Source: Amoebophrya sp. A120 (Eukaryota; Protista; Dinoflagellata). From it: a stretch of 64,000 nt of DNA. The stretch covers positions 6,753,612-6,817,611 of the forward strand of contig CAJINV010000003.1 of the NCBI GenBank assembly GCA_905178155.1. Reading direction: 5' to 3'. Of this stretch, positions 24,453 through 37,699 are shown piece by piece; the first letter of the stretch is position 1, and each line of letters begins with the position of its first letter. The notes under the pieces were generated by a model that saw only the letters and a program-made list of their open reading frames with translations, was not told the DNA's origin and ran no database searches. The translations under genes were made by a program, and so were the position numbers.

Positions 24453-25789
24453 GATTTTGCTTGAGCTGCCATGGCAAGAGTTTCATTTCAATGTTTATAC
24501 GTAAAAGCGAGCAGGGCGCAAACAAATCAAAACCTACTGTCTGTTCCTATATATTCTCGACTAAATTTCATTTTCATTGTGAAGCTGTGAACGGGGTGGG
24601 GGTGGATGGGCAAGCTGGTGTCAATTTTTGTTTCTGTGATGTGTAGTTTATACTTTGGTAGGTAGAGTTCCAGCCACCTAAAACTATTGCGGCCTGGCAC
24701 TACTAGTTTTAATACTCAAATTCAAACTACTAGCAAGGCTCACCTTGGCGCCGAGCTGCCTCGAAAATAGCAAGACGAATAGGTACATAGCCAGAGATGA
24801 TTCCCAGATGTGAACTACAGGCGTGATGGTGACACCCTCTTCAGACAATTCACCATGCATTCCAGAAAACATCAAGTCCTACCGACACACTGCGCAGTAA
24901 CCGAGAAATCCGGAGTACATACAACTGTTTGTCTGCAGGCGCGACCGATGCGTTTCGATGTCGACTTGGCGAAACGTGATAGAAACCGAGGTCACGCTTT
25001 GGTTTACCCATGTATCTTCAAAAATTATATCGATGCCGACGGTGGAGCACTCCTGTACTATAGATCCTCACACCGCTTTGCCAGCCTGGACAAAAGCTAT
25101 ACTTGAGTTGTTGCAGGATGGCAGAACATCGGAGAACCGAGATGCTTCCGAACAGGGCGCGCTGCAACTCACTGCTTTCAGGAACACTGTCCCCAAGATA
25201 CTTCTTTACTGTCACGTCGCAATTCGACCGCGGCGTACGCGGCCTTCATGCTTAGCCATTTAAGTACTTAAGTATAGTAACATTGACAAGCCGCGAATAC
25301 AAAAAAAAAATCAGTTCTCTTCATTCCACCTGTATTTGTCTATCCTGCTCCACTAAGCCAGCCTCCCATTGTTCCGGAAATAAAAGGATTTGCAATAAAC
25401 TAAAACTTCGCCGACCATTGACATTGATTATGTAAGTATGATGATCGCAAGAAGTAGAGGAGCTCAAAGAAAAACAAACAGAAACAGAGTTTGAGATACA
25501 TGTGTAGCCAGATCTTCGCTCCGCCCGTCGTCATGCAGCTGTCATTTCTTGAATCTTCACCATCCTAAGAAAGTGTCTTGCGCTGTTGTTGTGATTTCCC
25601 TTGTGTTCCTTGGCTGCACGACGAAGTACCAGAAACTGGGACCAGAATGAAGGAAATGTCGCACTTCCGATCACCTAGAGATAACATATTATGCATCATC
25701 TCGATCGCAGCACGAAGTCTGTCTATCTCAAACCGGAAAAGAAGTCAGAAAAGTTCGTTAAAAAAGTAACTCCCGCGCCGGTCGGTGCT

Positions 25790-28700
25790 TTACGGCTGGT
25801 AGGGCGCACAAACAGTTTCCGTTGTATCAAGCGAAAAACTTTTTCACTGTGATGATTCGGCAAGATCTGCGTCACAAGTTTGTTATGCACATGACACAGG
25901 ACGAAATCTGCCATGCGCGCTCCCCAAGAGGAGACTCGCTCGAATAAAATCCAATGTCTTGTTGCAGGTGTTGTAGCAAGACAAATAGGGCAGGGCTGTG
26001 TTTCATTTTTTTTATGCATGAGAAGCTGACAGTGACAGTGAACCAGGTTTTTCTTGCGATACGTTGGGAAATAATTGTAGTGCTGTTGTTGCAACATTTC
26101 TGTGCGCTCCTCGGCGTCGGGAAGTTCTGTAAGGAGGCAGCCGTCGTCCCCGTCATTGGAGGCATCTTCCTCCTCCAGAAAAGCCGAACTACCAGTGGCA
26201 GTCGTGGTACTATTACCAGTTTTCCTCGGTGGCATGATTGCGCATACCAGATTTTTGCTCTTGCTACCAGTGGCGTTCTTGTTCTGCTGCACCTGCGTCT
26301 GCAACTGCGCCTGGTCCTGCTTGCCAAACAACTTGATGGCGATGGGGGGCTCGAGAAAGAACCGATCAAAGACCTCGAGCATCTCGGAACGAATCGCGTC
26401 GGCCACGGACTTGGCCTGCTCGCTAAGCTCCGCCGGCGGCTCCCCCTGCGCTTGTGGTTCATCTGTCGGGGAGGCATTGGAGTTTTCCTCTTCGGGTTCA
26501 TCGTCATCCCTGGTCGTGGATGTTGTGCTCGTCTCTCTCTCGTGCTCCTCCGTCTCCGAAAACTGCGCAGCACTAGTTTCGTGATCGGTAGAAGTCGCTT
26601 CATCAGTGTCCTTGGTGCTTTGTCGTGCAGTCTTTCTCTTCCTGCCCTGGTTCGCGTGGTGCGAAGACTTCCCTGCAGATGCTGCTTGGCGTGTTTCCTT
26701 TTGGTTTTGCTGCAAAAACTTTCGGCGGAAAGTCTCGCTGAGCTGCGCGTCCTGGCGTTTCTCGACACTCGTGGAGCGCCTCCCCTCACTCGTAACGGAT
26801 GAGGCAACTGGGTGCCTTGCGGCTCCCACCGTTTTCGTCACCACGTCTAATTCTCTGCCTTGATGAAGACCTTTTTTGGCTTCCACGTGCTCCTGTCCTT
26901 CGTCCTCGGATATCAGCTGGCCCAACAGATTCAGAAGTTTCGCGCGGTACCGTGCCCCGTGCCCTGCTACATTTTGATGCACAAGGGGCGACGCATGCCG
27001 GTGGCCATGGTGGTGCTTTCGGCTACGTACTGTGTGGGCTGTCGCAGCTGCCAGCTTGCTGGGTGAAGAACTCGGAGCATCCGCTACTTGTTGTTCACTG
27101 CCTCGCCCTGGTGCCTTTTCATCATGCGCGTGGTGCTGTTGCAAAAGCGCAGAAGCCCTGCTCTCGTGCTGGCTGTTTTTGTAACCCTCAGGGTTCAACA
27201 TTGCATCTGCTGATTGAGGATCATTTTCCCGATCACCTTGTTGCTGCTGTGCGGCGCCTCGACCGTGATGCGCTTTTGGTTCGGCTTCTCCTTCGCGCTC
27301 CTTACGCAACAAAATCTTTTGCAGAAGCCCTAAATTCTGCCGTAGATTCTGCAGCCCCCTGCTATCTGGTTGATTCGGAACGACATCAGAATTTTGCGTC
27401 ACCTTTTGCGGGCGGTTTTTTTTCATTTCGACCCCATCATCTTCTTGGGCTGCTACCTGAATGAAAGTTGTACTTCCATCGTTGGCCGCAACCCAGGGAG
27501 ACGTCTGTACCCACGATTGCACAAGCGATTTTTCGCGAGCAGGTGCGCTGTCCACAGGTCTAGAGACTGTCTTCGGCCCAAAAAAAGCTCTGGACAAACA
27601 CGAAACGACACCGCTGCAGCCTTCTGCTTCGCTCTTGTCGGCAGGAGTCGATGTGTCATCAACATGATCTTCACCAGGAGTTGCACCAGTACCAGTAGCG
27701 AGGGCTTCTTCTTCCCCTCCCAACTCGCTTGTGCGCGGCGCCGGTGATGCGTCACGACCAGGAACGTCCTCTTCTATGCTCGTGTTTATTTCTGCTTCAG
27801 CTTGCGTGCTGTCCTGCTCCCTCTCCGCAGCGGTATTCATGACCAAGTCATCGAGGTCATCTGTTGTCCTCGCGTCGAGGTCGTCTGTTGTCCTCGCGTC
27901 GAGGTCGTCTGTTGTCCTCGCGGCTTTGTTCGCCGACGAAGCAGGAGTAGAGGTGCCACTTTCAGCAGCACCCGCCTTTGCGTTCTCCTGAGCGAACGAC
28001 CCGGCGATCGTCGGCTGCTCTTCGTCTTGTTCCTGCTCCTCGACTACGCTACTAGAGTCCTCGGTGGTGGCACTGAGCATCTCATCTTCTTCGTCCGCTT
28101 CTTCGTCCGCGAATTCCTCTGTAGCGGTTGTATCAATACCGGGTGGCTGTTGAACAAAGGATTCCAGCTTGCTTCCCGAGGTGGCGGTTTCATTCATGTA
28201 CGTTCGCATCAGGTCCAGTAGGTACTGGGTGCGCTCGAAGCAGTACTTGTCACTGGAAATCTCACCCCACAGGGTGGCGTACTCCGACCCGATGTTGGTT
28301 GCGGGCTGCGCCAGCTGGCTCAGGAAGGCGTTTTTCCGGGAGAGCACGTCCGCGTCCTTCATGTCCGCTATGGCAGATCGGATCAGCTGGTTGTTTTCCA
28401 CGATCAGCGGCTCGATGGCGTCGGGGCCGAGTTTGGTGCCCTGAACGCCCACCACGTATTGGACGGTGTTCAGCTGCGGCGCGATGTGCCCGAAGGCCAC
28501 GTAGCCCAGCTGGTGTTTCGTGCGCAAAAAAGAGAAGGTTTCCTTCGAAATCAGGGGCAGCATCACGTTCAGCAACACCTTTTCCTTCAGATTCGGCGTG
28601 ACCGGGTAGCGCCAGACCATCCGGATGGCGTCGTTCGCATCCGTTTCGATCGGATTCTTCACCCGCAGCTCGATCCGTTCCGTCTGGTTCAGCACGCGAT

Positions 28701-31700
28701 CTTCCCAGATGCGCGTGTAGGCGGACCCGTCCTTCGGTGCGATCAGATTCGCTTGCCCAAGCACGCCGGGCTGCTCGACCAGCAGTTCGTGAAATTTGGC
28801 AGTGAACTTCTTCGCCTGCTCCTGATCCATATTGCCGACGGCCAGCGCCGTCACGCGAAGCTTTTTGGTGTTCTTGCCCTGCAGCACGTGGTCGTGCAGC
28901 TCTTGATACAACTCGCCCAGTCGACTCCCCGAGAACGGATCCTCCTGTATATAAGGAAATCCTACAGAGTAGGTACAATGCAATGCTAGCATGTACCAGT
29001 ATGTATATATACCCTCTACATGTAACAACTTTACAAGCACCTCCGAAGCAACGAGTATGTGTATTTCTATTTCGAGTTTATTGTTCAGAGTACTTCTTCT
29101 TCTAGCGAACACCATACGCGAGTCGTGACAATAAAAGGACGCATAGAAAACACGATTATCATTTTGGTTTTTCAGCATGCGCGACGACAGCTGAATCTAG
29201 CAACAGGCATCACGTCCGATGGACAATCAGCGATAATTTTGTTTTTGCGTACCTTCGACTCTTTCTCCACATTGCTGGACGGAATGGCACTGGATGTCAG
29301 ATTCAGTTTGTCGCCGAACACGTTTTGCAGAGAATCCAAAGCAGAATTTAGGGTAGCGAGGTCATCGGCGACTTGGGTTGCCTCCTCCGGCATGAGGAGC
29401 ACGGTGCCCTCGGGTAGCTTGATCGCCCGCTGCGTGGCAGTCGTGCTCTCTTCCTGCACTTGCAGGAAATTCATTTCGCCAGTAGCTGCACTTGGACTTG
29501 GCTCCGAGGCACTTGCCGATTCTTGTTGTGTCGGAGCAGGCTCCTGCAGCAGCTGTCCGTCCTGGTCCTCCGCTTCAACGTACTTCTGAAGAAACTCGAG
29601 CTTTTCCTCGCGCGAGAAACTGGCCTGCTGCGTGAGCACACTGAAATACTCCGAGGAATGGGCGACCGCGAGACTCGAAGACACGTCTTGCAGCGAGTCC
29701 CGCAGTTGCAACACGAGGTTACGGAACAGCTTTTTCATGTTTTCCGTCGGATCGCCAGTCGTGTTTGAAGGTGAAGATGCCGCACCAGCGTCCTCGGACG
29801 ACTGCGTCTCAACATACCAGGGATTTAGGGCCCTTGGCACGACGGTGGCCATAAGTTCTTCCGTGTGGTCCGGGTATCCGGAGAAACTGAAAGCCTCACT
29901 GTTGGAGCCTACCACGTAGCTGTAGCTCGACCCCGTGTTCTATCCACAGAAAAAAACCCATCCACATCCATTTGTGCGTGGCAAACACTAACACATGATT
30001 TGATAACCAAGTACGCGCTTTGCGTGACAAATTGGATGTGGATGGGTTTTTTTCTGTGGATATGTTCACGAAAGAGTCGACCAGCGGCTCCAGGACCCTC
30101 GACGCGAGCATTGCGTGCAGCTCCGAGAATATGCTGGTTTTGACACTGGGTCGGGCGGTGTTCTTCATCTTCTCGTCTTCATCTTCGGTGGAGGACACCA
30201 CACCTTCTTCTTCTTTTGGTCGGACCGTCTCGAGGTGGAACCCGAGCATAATTTTGGGTGTGACTGTCTTCGGCTGCGGGCCCAGATGGTAAAGATCGAG
30301 ACTCTCCTCCCGGGTCGGAATGCCGTGCCGCTCTTCCGCCGGCAGCAACACCTGGTTGACCTTGGGAACGTATTTGAAAGCAGTCGGTAATTTGATCAAC
30401 GCGATGGCGCTGCCCACTTTCGAGGGGGCCCCAGCCGGTTCATCTGCGGCCTGCTGCAAATCCGCGGACAGCTTGGCGAGGGACACATCTTGCAGGTCGG
30501 ACAAAAGCGCGGGCGTGAGCGGGACCTGCTTGTACGAGTACCCATAGTGCGGAGCTTTTTCGTTCAACCCATCGAGCAGATCGCTTCGTTTGGTGGCGTG
30601 CCCTGTATTTATTTTTGAATCACATATACTCATGCACGCAGTCGCAGAAGAAGAAAATCTGATAGGTGCAACGAGATGAAAAGTTCGACCACAATCCGAT
30701 CTCTCGCAGACAGCGCAGACGCGAAGATGTTTTCGACGATCGACGCATATAGGCAGATATCCGACTTCATCAAAGAGACAAAGATCAAAAAAAGTATAGT
30801 CTTCATCGTAAAAAATCCGTAATTCCTCGCCGCATTAGAAATAAAAATCGACGTCATACCAATGTTCATGTTTGCGGGTGTAAAAAAGGAGAAGAGCTTG
30901 TCGACCAAACAGGGCGAGAGCGCGTCGATGCTGCTTCCGCCGGCCACAAGGTCGGGAAGAGCATACTCGGTCTGCGCCCGCGCCAGCGATGCCGCCGTGT
31001 CCATGGGGTCGCCGCCTCGCTCCGCCCACTTGAAGTTTACCTGGGAGAGCTGCTGGATCGCTCGATAGTAGTCTTCGTTGACCCCTTTCTCGCGGACATC
31101 ATGTAGCCAGGCGAAGAAGGCCTTCTGCACCAGGTCCACCTTGCTGTCGCCCTCCTCGGTTAGTGAGAAAATGAAGAACACCGCTGGCCCGGCGGCGCCC
31201 GGCATGAACCACTGCCCCATGCCCGTGATCAGACCTTGCTGCTTCAACACGGTCTGCAAACTCGTCGGACCGGCGTCACCCGTCAGAAAAGACAAGTACT
31301 GCTCCACGCCGTACTGGTATTTTGCATCCAGGTTCTGGTACATTTTTGGTGAGTAATATTGTATGCACTTCCTCTTCATCATAGTCGATCATTCCGAAGA
31401 GGAATAGCTGCAGTACTGTCTACCAGACTACTTAATTCTAATGATGTTCAGGTAGAACAAGCTGCATCTTCACCTTGTCTACATCGATCACCCGAAAGCC
31501 AACGGAAAAAAGGTATTCAGTTTTAGTTAGAAAGTGCTCACCTTGATTCGCAGCGGAAAGAGGAACCAGAGCTCGGGAGAGGCCAGGGTATCCGAAACAT
31601 AAAGAGATCCGAGGCGGGATGGGGGAAAAGCCTCGGGGTAGTCGCAGAGGTGCCGCCCTTGCACCTCGGGAGCGATGGCGTCCGCGCACTCGTCCTCCGG

Positions 31701-33307
31701 ATCAGACTTTGTGCGCGTCATCGCGGGGAAGGCCGACAATTCCGTGGCAGGCAAGTGGTTCAAACAGAACATTTCTTCCTTGTGAAAAACGCTGTCGTCG
31801 GGTGGTGCCTTGCAGCTCTTCTCGAACGCAAAGTATTTTTCGGCGACACCGGCCAGCTGCTCCAAGGGGGCGGAGCCTACGATAGTTAGGGCCATGTTGC
31901 TCGGACAGTAGTAGAGATTGTAGAACTCGCGGAGTGCCTTTGTGGTGTCGATGTTGTTTTGCTTCGGGAGGTCGAACAGGGTTTCCTTGTCGCCGGTAAA
32001 GAAGTGGCTCATGGGTGATTTTGGGTCCGCGGACTGGTGCTTCATCAGCTCGTACATTCGCCGACTCATGTCGTTCTTGTTTTTTGCATGCTCCTGGTCC
32101 ACGGCGTTCACTTCCTTTTCGACGAAAGAAGAGTTCAGCGTCGCGTCTTTGAAAAATCCCGCGAACACCTCAGCAACCTGTGGAACAGTAGCATCACCAA
32201 AGTTCATCGTTTTAGAACAGCATGGCGCTACTTTCCTGTTCGCAGCATCATCTTCTAACTTCTCGGGTGGAGCAAAAAAGGTTTGCTGCTCCTCCCACCC
32301 AATCACATCTCGAAACAAAGATTCCATTCACCGACGCCGCCCCGCATACGCATTCAAAAAGGCACTCATACTACATATTCATAGTTTTATCGGACTGAAA
32401 AAATAACCTTAACCACAAACAGGAGCTCTGAGCTCGAGTTGCTTACCGTGTCCAAGCAATCCAGCGCGAATTCGTTGAAGTAGACTGTGTGCTGCTGGTC
32501 GGTATAGGCATTGTCGGAGCCGTCGCACTGCGAAATGACCTTGCCGAAAGCTTCAGGATCCTCAAACTTTTCGCTCCCGAGGAACAGCATGTGCTCCAGG
32601 AAATGTGCGAGTCCGGGTAGTGCAACGGGATCGTTCGCGCTACCGGTCTGTACCGCCATACCGAGGGAAGCCTTACGCGCGTCCTGGTCACGCACCAACA
32701 GGACGCCCAATCCGTTTGCCAAAGTCATGTGCTTAAACTCGCGGGGGTCCAGTTCGGGCAGGCGAGTTGTGTTTGTGGGTGATGAGGGTTCTGACGTGCT
32801 GCTCTGCTTGTCCGAGTGATCTGCGAAAGAACGAAAGCGAAGATCCCTCTCGCTTTCCACAAGGCTGCTCTGCGCACCATCATCGCCCCGCTTATTCTGC
32901 TCGCGGAAATTCTCATGCACTTTGTACTTCGTTCTTGCCGAAGGATTGACCACTGTTGTAGGAGGATTCATCTCGTTCTCGTTCTGCTTTCTTGCAGGAG
33001 TGCGCTGCCGAATGCTATTTGTCGAGGCCTGCATTCTTTGGGCCTGATCGGGCTTTTTCAGCGAATGCTCTTTCGCTTTATCTTCCTCTAAAACATCTTG
33101 CAAGAGGTCCATCAGCTTTTTTTCTTTCTCTGTCAGAGATTCATCTTCATCGTCTTTGGTGGGAGGCGTCGCGCCACCTTGATCTCGCTCCCTGCCGGCG
33201 TCCAATCGCGGATGTCTCGCCGAATCTTCACGTGTAAGTGCGGTAGTCGCCGGAAATGCTGCGACAAATGACAGCACAGAAAAGATAAGAGTCGATACTG
33301 TCGTCAT
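25790..33307 (-). CDS. Secreted M16A metallopeptidase (insulysin/pitrilysin family), ~2035 aa, 7 exons
   Basis: Signal peptide MTTVSTLIFSVLSFVAAFPATTA; LANGLGVLLV; PGLAHFLEHMLFLGSEKF (HxxEH at 32591-32605); EVNAVDQEH; LRTKHQLGY. Exons 33307-32447, 32177-31542, 31334-30860, 30602-30063, 29935-29253, 28944-26062 and 25819-25790 total 6108 nt. Four GT-AG introns and two element introns. Confidence 0.92.
25825..26061. mobile_element. Introner-like TIR element (distinct family)
   Basis: Left end TATCAAGCGAAAAACTTTTTCACTGTGA; right end (revcomp) TATCGCAAGAAAAACCTGGTTCACTGTCA. Perfect cgttg repeats. Confidence 0.88.
27851..27922. repeat. Coding tandem repeat, 3 x 24 bp (ARTTDDLD)
   Basis: tcgaggtc(a/g)tctgttgtcctcgcg x3 inside the peptidase low-complexity region. 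Confidence 0.95.
29941..30062. mobile_element. Introner-like TIR element (distinct family; ~30-bp perfect TIR)
   Basis: TATCCACAGAAAAAAACCCATCCACATCCA...TGGATGTGGATGGGTTTTTTTCTGTGGATA. Perfect tgttc repeats. Removal gives DSFVN|TGSSYSYVVGSNSEAFSFSGY. Confidence 0.96.
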
Positions 33308-34066
33308 TTTGCGAAGAGATGATGCTCTTGCTTTCCGGCCACCGAGAGAAACTAGCAGCTCCCACTGCCGCAACGTCATCGCGACCCGTCTCTCGCGGCT
33401 ACCGCCGCCAGGCCCAGGGGTTTTTCTTTCTCTACAAGATTCCAGCACCACGCTTCACTTTCGAAGTTCACAAGTCACAGTCTACGGCAATACAATACAC
33501 CAAGCAAAAACTTTAACTTTGACTTGCTATTTCATCGGTACAACTTATGTGCGAAAAGTCAGTGCCAGGCGCAATCGGAGTGACGACACTTCTACACCCT
33601 CCACACCAAAGAATTCACCGCCACCTCAATCTTTGTCTCATATCTTGGACTGATCGACGAGGTAGTCGACCAGAGAAACTCAACGCATCTTCATTCCCTG
33701 TGCGATTACAATTTCAGCACTCAATCGCACAGTGGCCGCTTGATTTGAATATCGCTCGCTCAAAACATCGACATGTCGCCTTTGGTCCTCTCGAGATAGG
33801 CATAGGGGGGCAGCCTGTGCATTGATTTCTATTTTTCGACGACGCCAAAGAAAGAGGAGGTATGAAACACTCGATTTTGCTTTTCGCTCTTGTTCGCTCA
33901 AGAACAACGTCTGGAGGGTGCGTCTTGTCATTTACACCAGATGGTGCATTCACGCACTGGTGTTGAGGATGGTGGCTCTTTGTACAGTTAATGTTGAGAC
34001 TGAGCAGGTACTACTTCTCAAATGTGCGTCTTCTTTTTCTGTCCTCTGTCTCCTGAGGTTTCAAAA

Positions 34067-36857
34067 TCAAAACAAGTCGTGATCCAATTTTATGAAAGCC
34101 ATCAAGGCAATGGCAAGCAAATACACGAAAGTATGTCCTCTCGCCGCATGCATCGAAAACAGGAAGGCCTCAGCAAATATGTGAGAATTCGCTACCAGTT
34201 CTTCAACATTAGACCGGAAGCTATCAAACAAACCAATCGCTCTCTCTAACATGGCGTTGGGGCGAAACTGTCGCTATGTATGATTCTGCTGTGCTACTTC
34301 TAACCGCCGCCACTGTCGCTCACGGTCACGCTCGCTAACAGCAGCGCAAGAAGAAATGGTTTGCCATTCGGCCACGAGAGTTTCTCACTCTATGTACATT
34401 TGTTCTCTTTATTTGTGCGACAATTTTTGGATACTGAAGCATGTCATTCTGTATTGGTCGTTCTTGATCTAATCTTGATGATTGATCCGCGGCATCAGAG
34501 AAGCGTCGGCAGGAAGCACGCTCACGGAGTCTGCAGCGAATTCGACCAGGAACGAAAAATCGAAGATATTAGGTGGGCGTTGTAGCGGAGACTGCGCCGA
34601 CGCCAAAACAACAAAACATAATGCGACGAATGATGGTATCCCGAAGAAAAGTTGGGTTTTGTGCCTCTTCTTGCCTATGTTGAAATACGATGTATCTACT
34701 TCCCTCACTCGGGTCCGCGAGGCGACCGATGGCCGCTGATTGTATGCAATGGCTGGTATGCAAATTATTGAGATGCAACGAATGCCATGTTGTAATCGTG
34801 CTCTGCTCTTCCTACTTATCTATGACCTTCACAGGCAAGCACGGCGGCACATTTTTCTTTCGCATAGAATGGAGCGCGGCTCTCTTGTGAGGTTCTTCTG
34901 CTTGCTGGATGCCTGCCCTGTTGTTGGCCTTGACCTTGTCCCGTCCTAGCCCTGGCATCGTCCTCGACCGGTGGTTGCGCAACCGGCACTTGCTTTTCCA
35001 AAACTCCAGCGATTGGCTGTGATGCACGTAATGTGTGGCTGTCGCGGTCTCATAAAAGTAGCGGTTGCACTTTCACTTGCAGATCAAGTCTACAATAAGA
35101 TCATACAGTGTATCATGTATGGTTGTACTGGTACAGCTAGCAGTTTGCGCGTCAGCAACATGATCGATGGAGACAGCGGGAGAGACGAGTCACAACTGCA
35201 ACTACAAGTCTATACAGCGAATTTTATAAGGTTTCAGGGTCAATACGAGGCGACCAATACGAGCAATCGGACCAATACGAACCCGATACGAGCGCGGTCG
35301 GCGGCTCCTGCCTCCCCCGGTCGCCGAAACATCCTATCCATGCCTCCGTTTGAAAATGAAAATGTGAGTGCGGGCCCGCGCCTGGTGCTGCGATCTTCAT
35401 AGGGCCTTCCCCTCTAAGATGACGGAATACATTCGGGATACGGTGCGAATCGCCATGCGGCGGGGCGTAGCTTTTAAATAGAGGCGCTTTGGTTCTACCC
35501 TGCGCCCGGAAATCGCCAAACGCAGGGCTGCGGGGGCCGGGTAGGGTTTTGATTTTTCTACTCGGCACCCGAAAAACACCCAGGAGCGGGGCGCGGCAAA
35601 TCCGTTCGCGCCGTCTGCAGCTCCACCCAGAGGGAGCCCGAAGTAAACGGCCGAAACATGGAACCACCTCGGGCGCCGGTGACTAGCGGCGATTCTTGAC
35701 TCTGCCCAGCCCCTGTAACTCATCGGTAAAACATAAGAGCCAGGGGCGCAAAAGGGGCAGCGCCGCTTTGCTGGCGTATTTGAAAACAGTGGCGTCGCCA
35801 GCAAGCGCCCGCCAGTTCTCACTTCTTAGCTTTTAATTCTATTTGCCAGAAGAAAAAGCCGCGCCGCAGGCGCGGCGCCGTTTTTTTTTTCTGAAGTGGC
35901 GCGGCTACTATACTTGCCAAAGTTCCACCAAAGCGGCGCGCCGTCGTTTTTAGCGACGCGATCGCGGTATACCAATCGGGGCAGGCGGCTGGGCGGACCA
36001 TCCTGGGGTTCCTTGCGCCAAGTCAATACGAGGCGACCAATGCGAGCAATGGGATCAATACGATATTAGGCGATTTCTGTGTCGGTTCAATACGACTCGT
36101 ATTGATTATAAAATTCGCTGTCTATATATTGTTTTTATGTTTTGTCTTCTCTTTGTGCAGAAAGCTAAATGTTACATCCAAACATACCTCGTCGCATAAC
36201 TTGGGTGGCAGCTTTGCGAGAAAAGCGTGCAGGAACGAATCTGGCGGAACTCGTGCCGCGGCAAGTGTTTCGGTCCGCACTGGACGACCAGAAGCGAAAA
36301 GCCGCACGGTCCACCCTTCGGCAATTTCGGCTGCAAATACCTCATTTAGTTTTTGAGAAAGAGTAGTACAAAATCATGTCAAGTATGATATCGATCATCC
36401 GCCGAGACTTGACTTTTTCTGTAAATGAAAGCATCAAAGCGCAGAGACATGACTAGTTATTCAGTGAATCGAATACGATGGTCTTATCTTTTTTTCGTGA
36501 AGCGGAAGCTTCCGAATTTCTTATCCCGAAACCGCTGCCGTAATCAATGGATAATACAGGGAGCATTATTGTCGTGATTTGCAGTATGAAAACGAAATTG
36601 CGCGTCACAGTCACATCCGAGACGTTTTGTGGGGCGTTTTGCCTTACAAAACGCCTCCGATGTGACTGCGACGCAGAATTTCGCTTTTATATGCAGAATC
36701 ATTTTGATTTTACCTGCTTGGCAACTTGCACTCCGGTTGTATTTGCGAAATCTACCTCGGCACTACGATGAATTTCGTGCAAATCGGGCATGCCAGCGAT
36801 TACAAACTTGACCGTCTGCTTCGGCGCGCCTTCATCAACTTTCGTGTCTACTGTCAT
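34067..36857 (-). CDS. Ubiquitin-like-domain protein (multi-exon; 3' exons uncertain)
   Basis: Exons 36857-36714 and 36340-36188 (GT-AG) give ...GVQVAKQ|VFAAEIAEGWTVRLFASGRPVRTETLAAARVPPDSFLHAFLAK, a Ubl pattern. Candidate downstream exons near 34816-35001, 34469-34600 and the hydrophobic ORF 34067..34252. Confidence 0.55.
35215..36120. mobile_element. Non-autonomous TIR element (CAG termini, TA-type flank; Tc1/mariner-like MITE)
   Basis: 15-bp perfect TIR CAGCGAATTTTATAA / TTATAAAATTCGCTG. Left flank TA, right flank TCTA. Multiple subterminal CAATACGA motifs. 42-bp direct repeats at 35239-35280 and 36022-36063. GC-rich non-coding interior. Confidence 0.8.
36585..36691. mobile_element. Introner-like hairpin element nested inside a GT-AG intron
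   Basis: ~46-bp arms: TATGAAAACGAAATTGCGCGTCACAGTCACATCCGAGACGTTTTGT versus revcomp TATAAAAGCGAAATTCTGCGTCGCAGTCACATCGGAGGCGTTTTGT. Perfect tgcag repeats. Confidence 0.92.
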
Positions 36858-37331
36858 CCTGTTTTTCGATATTGTCGAGAAAGGCCTTGAGCAGTGCGTC
36901 TTTCGATCAGGTTCCGCCACGTGTCACAGATGTTGAGGGTCACAACATTTGGTCCTAAGCACAGCGGCAAAATAAACACGTTTGTAGGGTTCGAAGCGAC
37001 CTCCAAAAAACATTTACGTCCGCAGAAGTGTAGCAGTAACTCGTGTCTTCGACGACACACTATATCTATTTCTTGTTGTTTTTCTATATACGGAAGATGG
37101 AAGATCTAAAAACTTAACTACATAAACATACATAGTCAATGAGACAAGACCACAATATCATGTATGATTCACATTCAGATCGTGAGCAGCACGATACAAC
37201 ACACTTTACACAGTCGCTCACGTGAGAAGTCAGCGAAAATATAGTCAACTCGCTAAAAAAGTCTTGCTGGTAGATTCATAAAGGACAAACGGAAGCAGGA
37301 ATCCAGGGAGGATTCGGAGACCGGTTCCAGT

Positions 37332-37699
37332 TATGAGGGGACAAACAGCGCCGACGCATATAAACGGGCAGTTTTCTTGGGTCTAGATATACGGGCCGCC
37401 GTCCTAGATATATGGGGAAATGACGAGAATGGAATGGCCCCGAGCACGAGGTGGGGCCCGTTGCGGCGTTCCAAGCATTGCGGGCGCGGCGCGCGCGGCT
37501 TTTTTTCACTATATCTAACGGTGGCCGCACTATATCCTCGCCGCGCAGACCGAGATATTGTATATTCGGGGCGCGGATGCGGTAAATATAGAGCGGCCGG
37601 CTCTGGATATATCATGCGGCAAATATAGTGGCGGCCCGTATATCTAGACGCAAGAAAACTGCCCGTTTATATGCGTGGGCGCTACTTTGTCCCCTCATA
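37332..37699. mobile_element. MITE with ~69-bp TIRs and 8-bp target-site duplication
   Basis: TATGAGGGGACAAA..GCGCC(G/C)ACGCATATAAACGGGCAGTTTTCTTG(G/C)GTCTAGATATACGGGCCGCC at both ends. gttccagt at 37324-37331 and 37700-37707. Confidence 0.93.

Noticed and set aside
35224-36026. ORFs within the TIR element core
   Set aside because: Short, overlapping, GC-driven Arg/Pro/Ala-rich frames with no domain signal.
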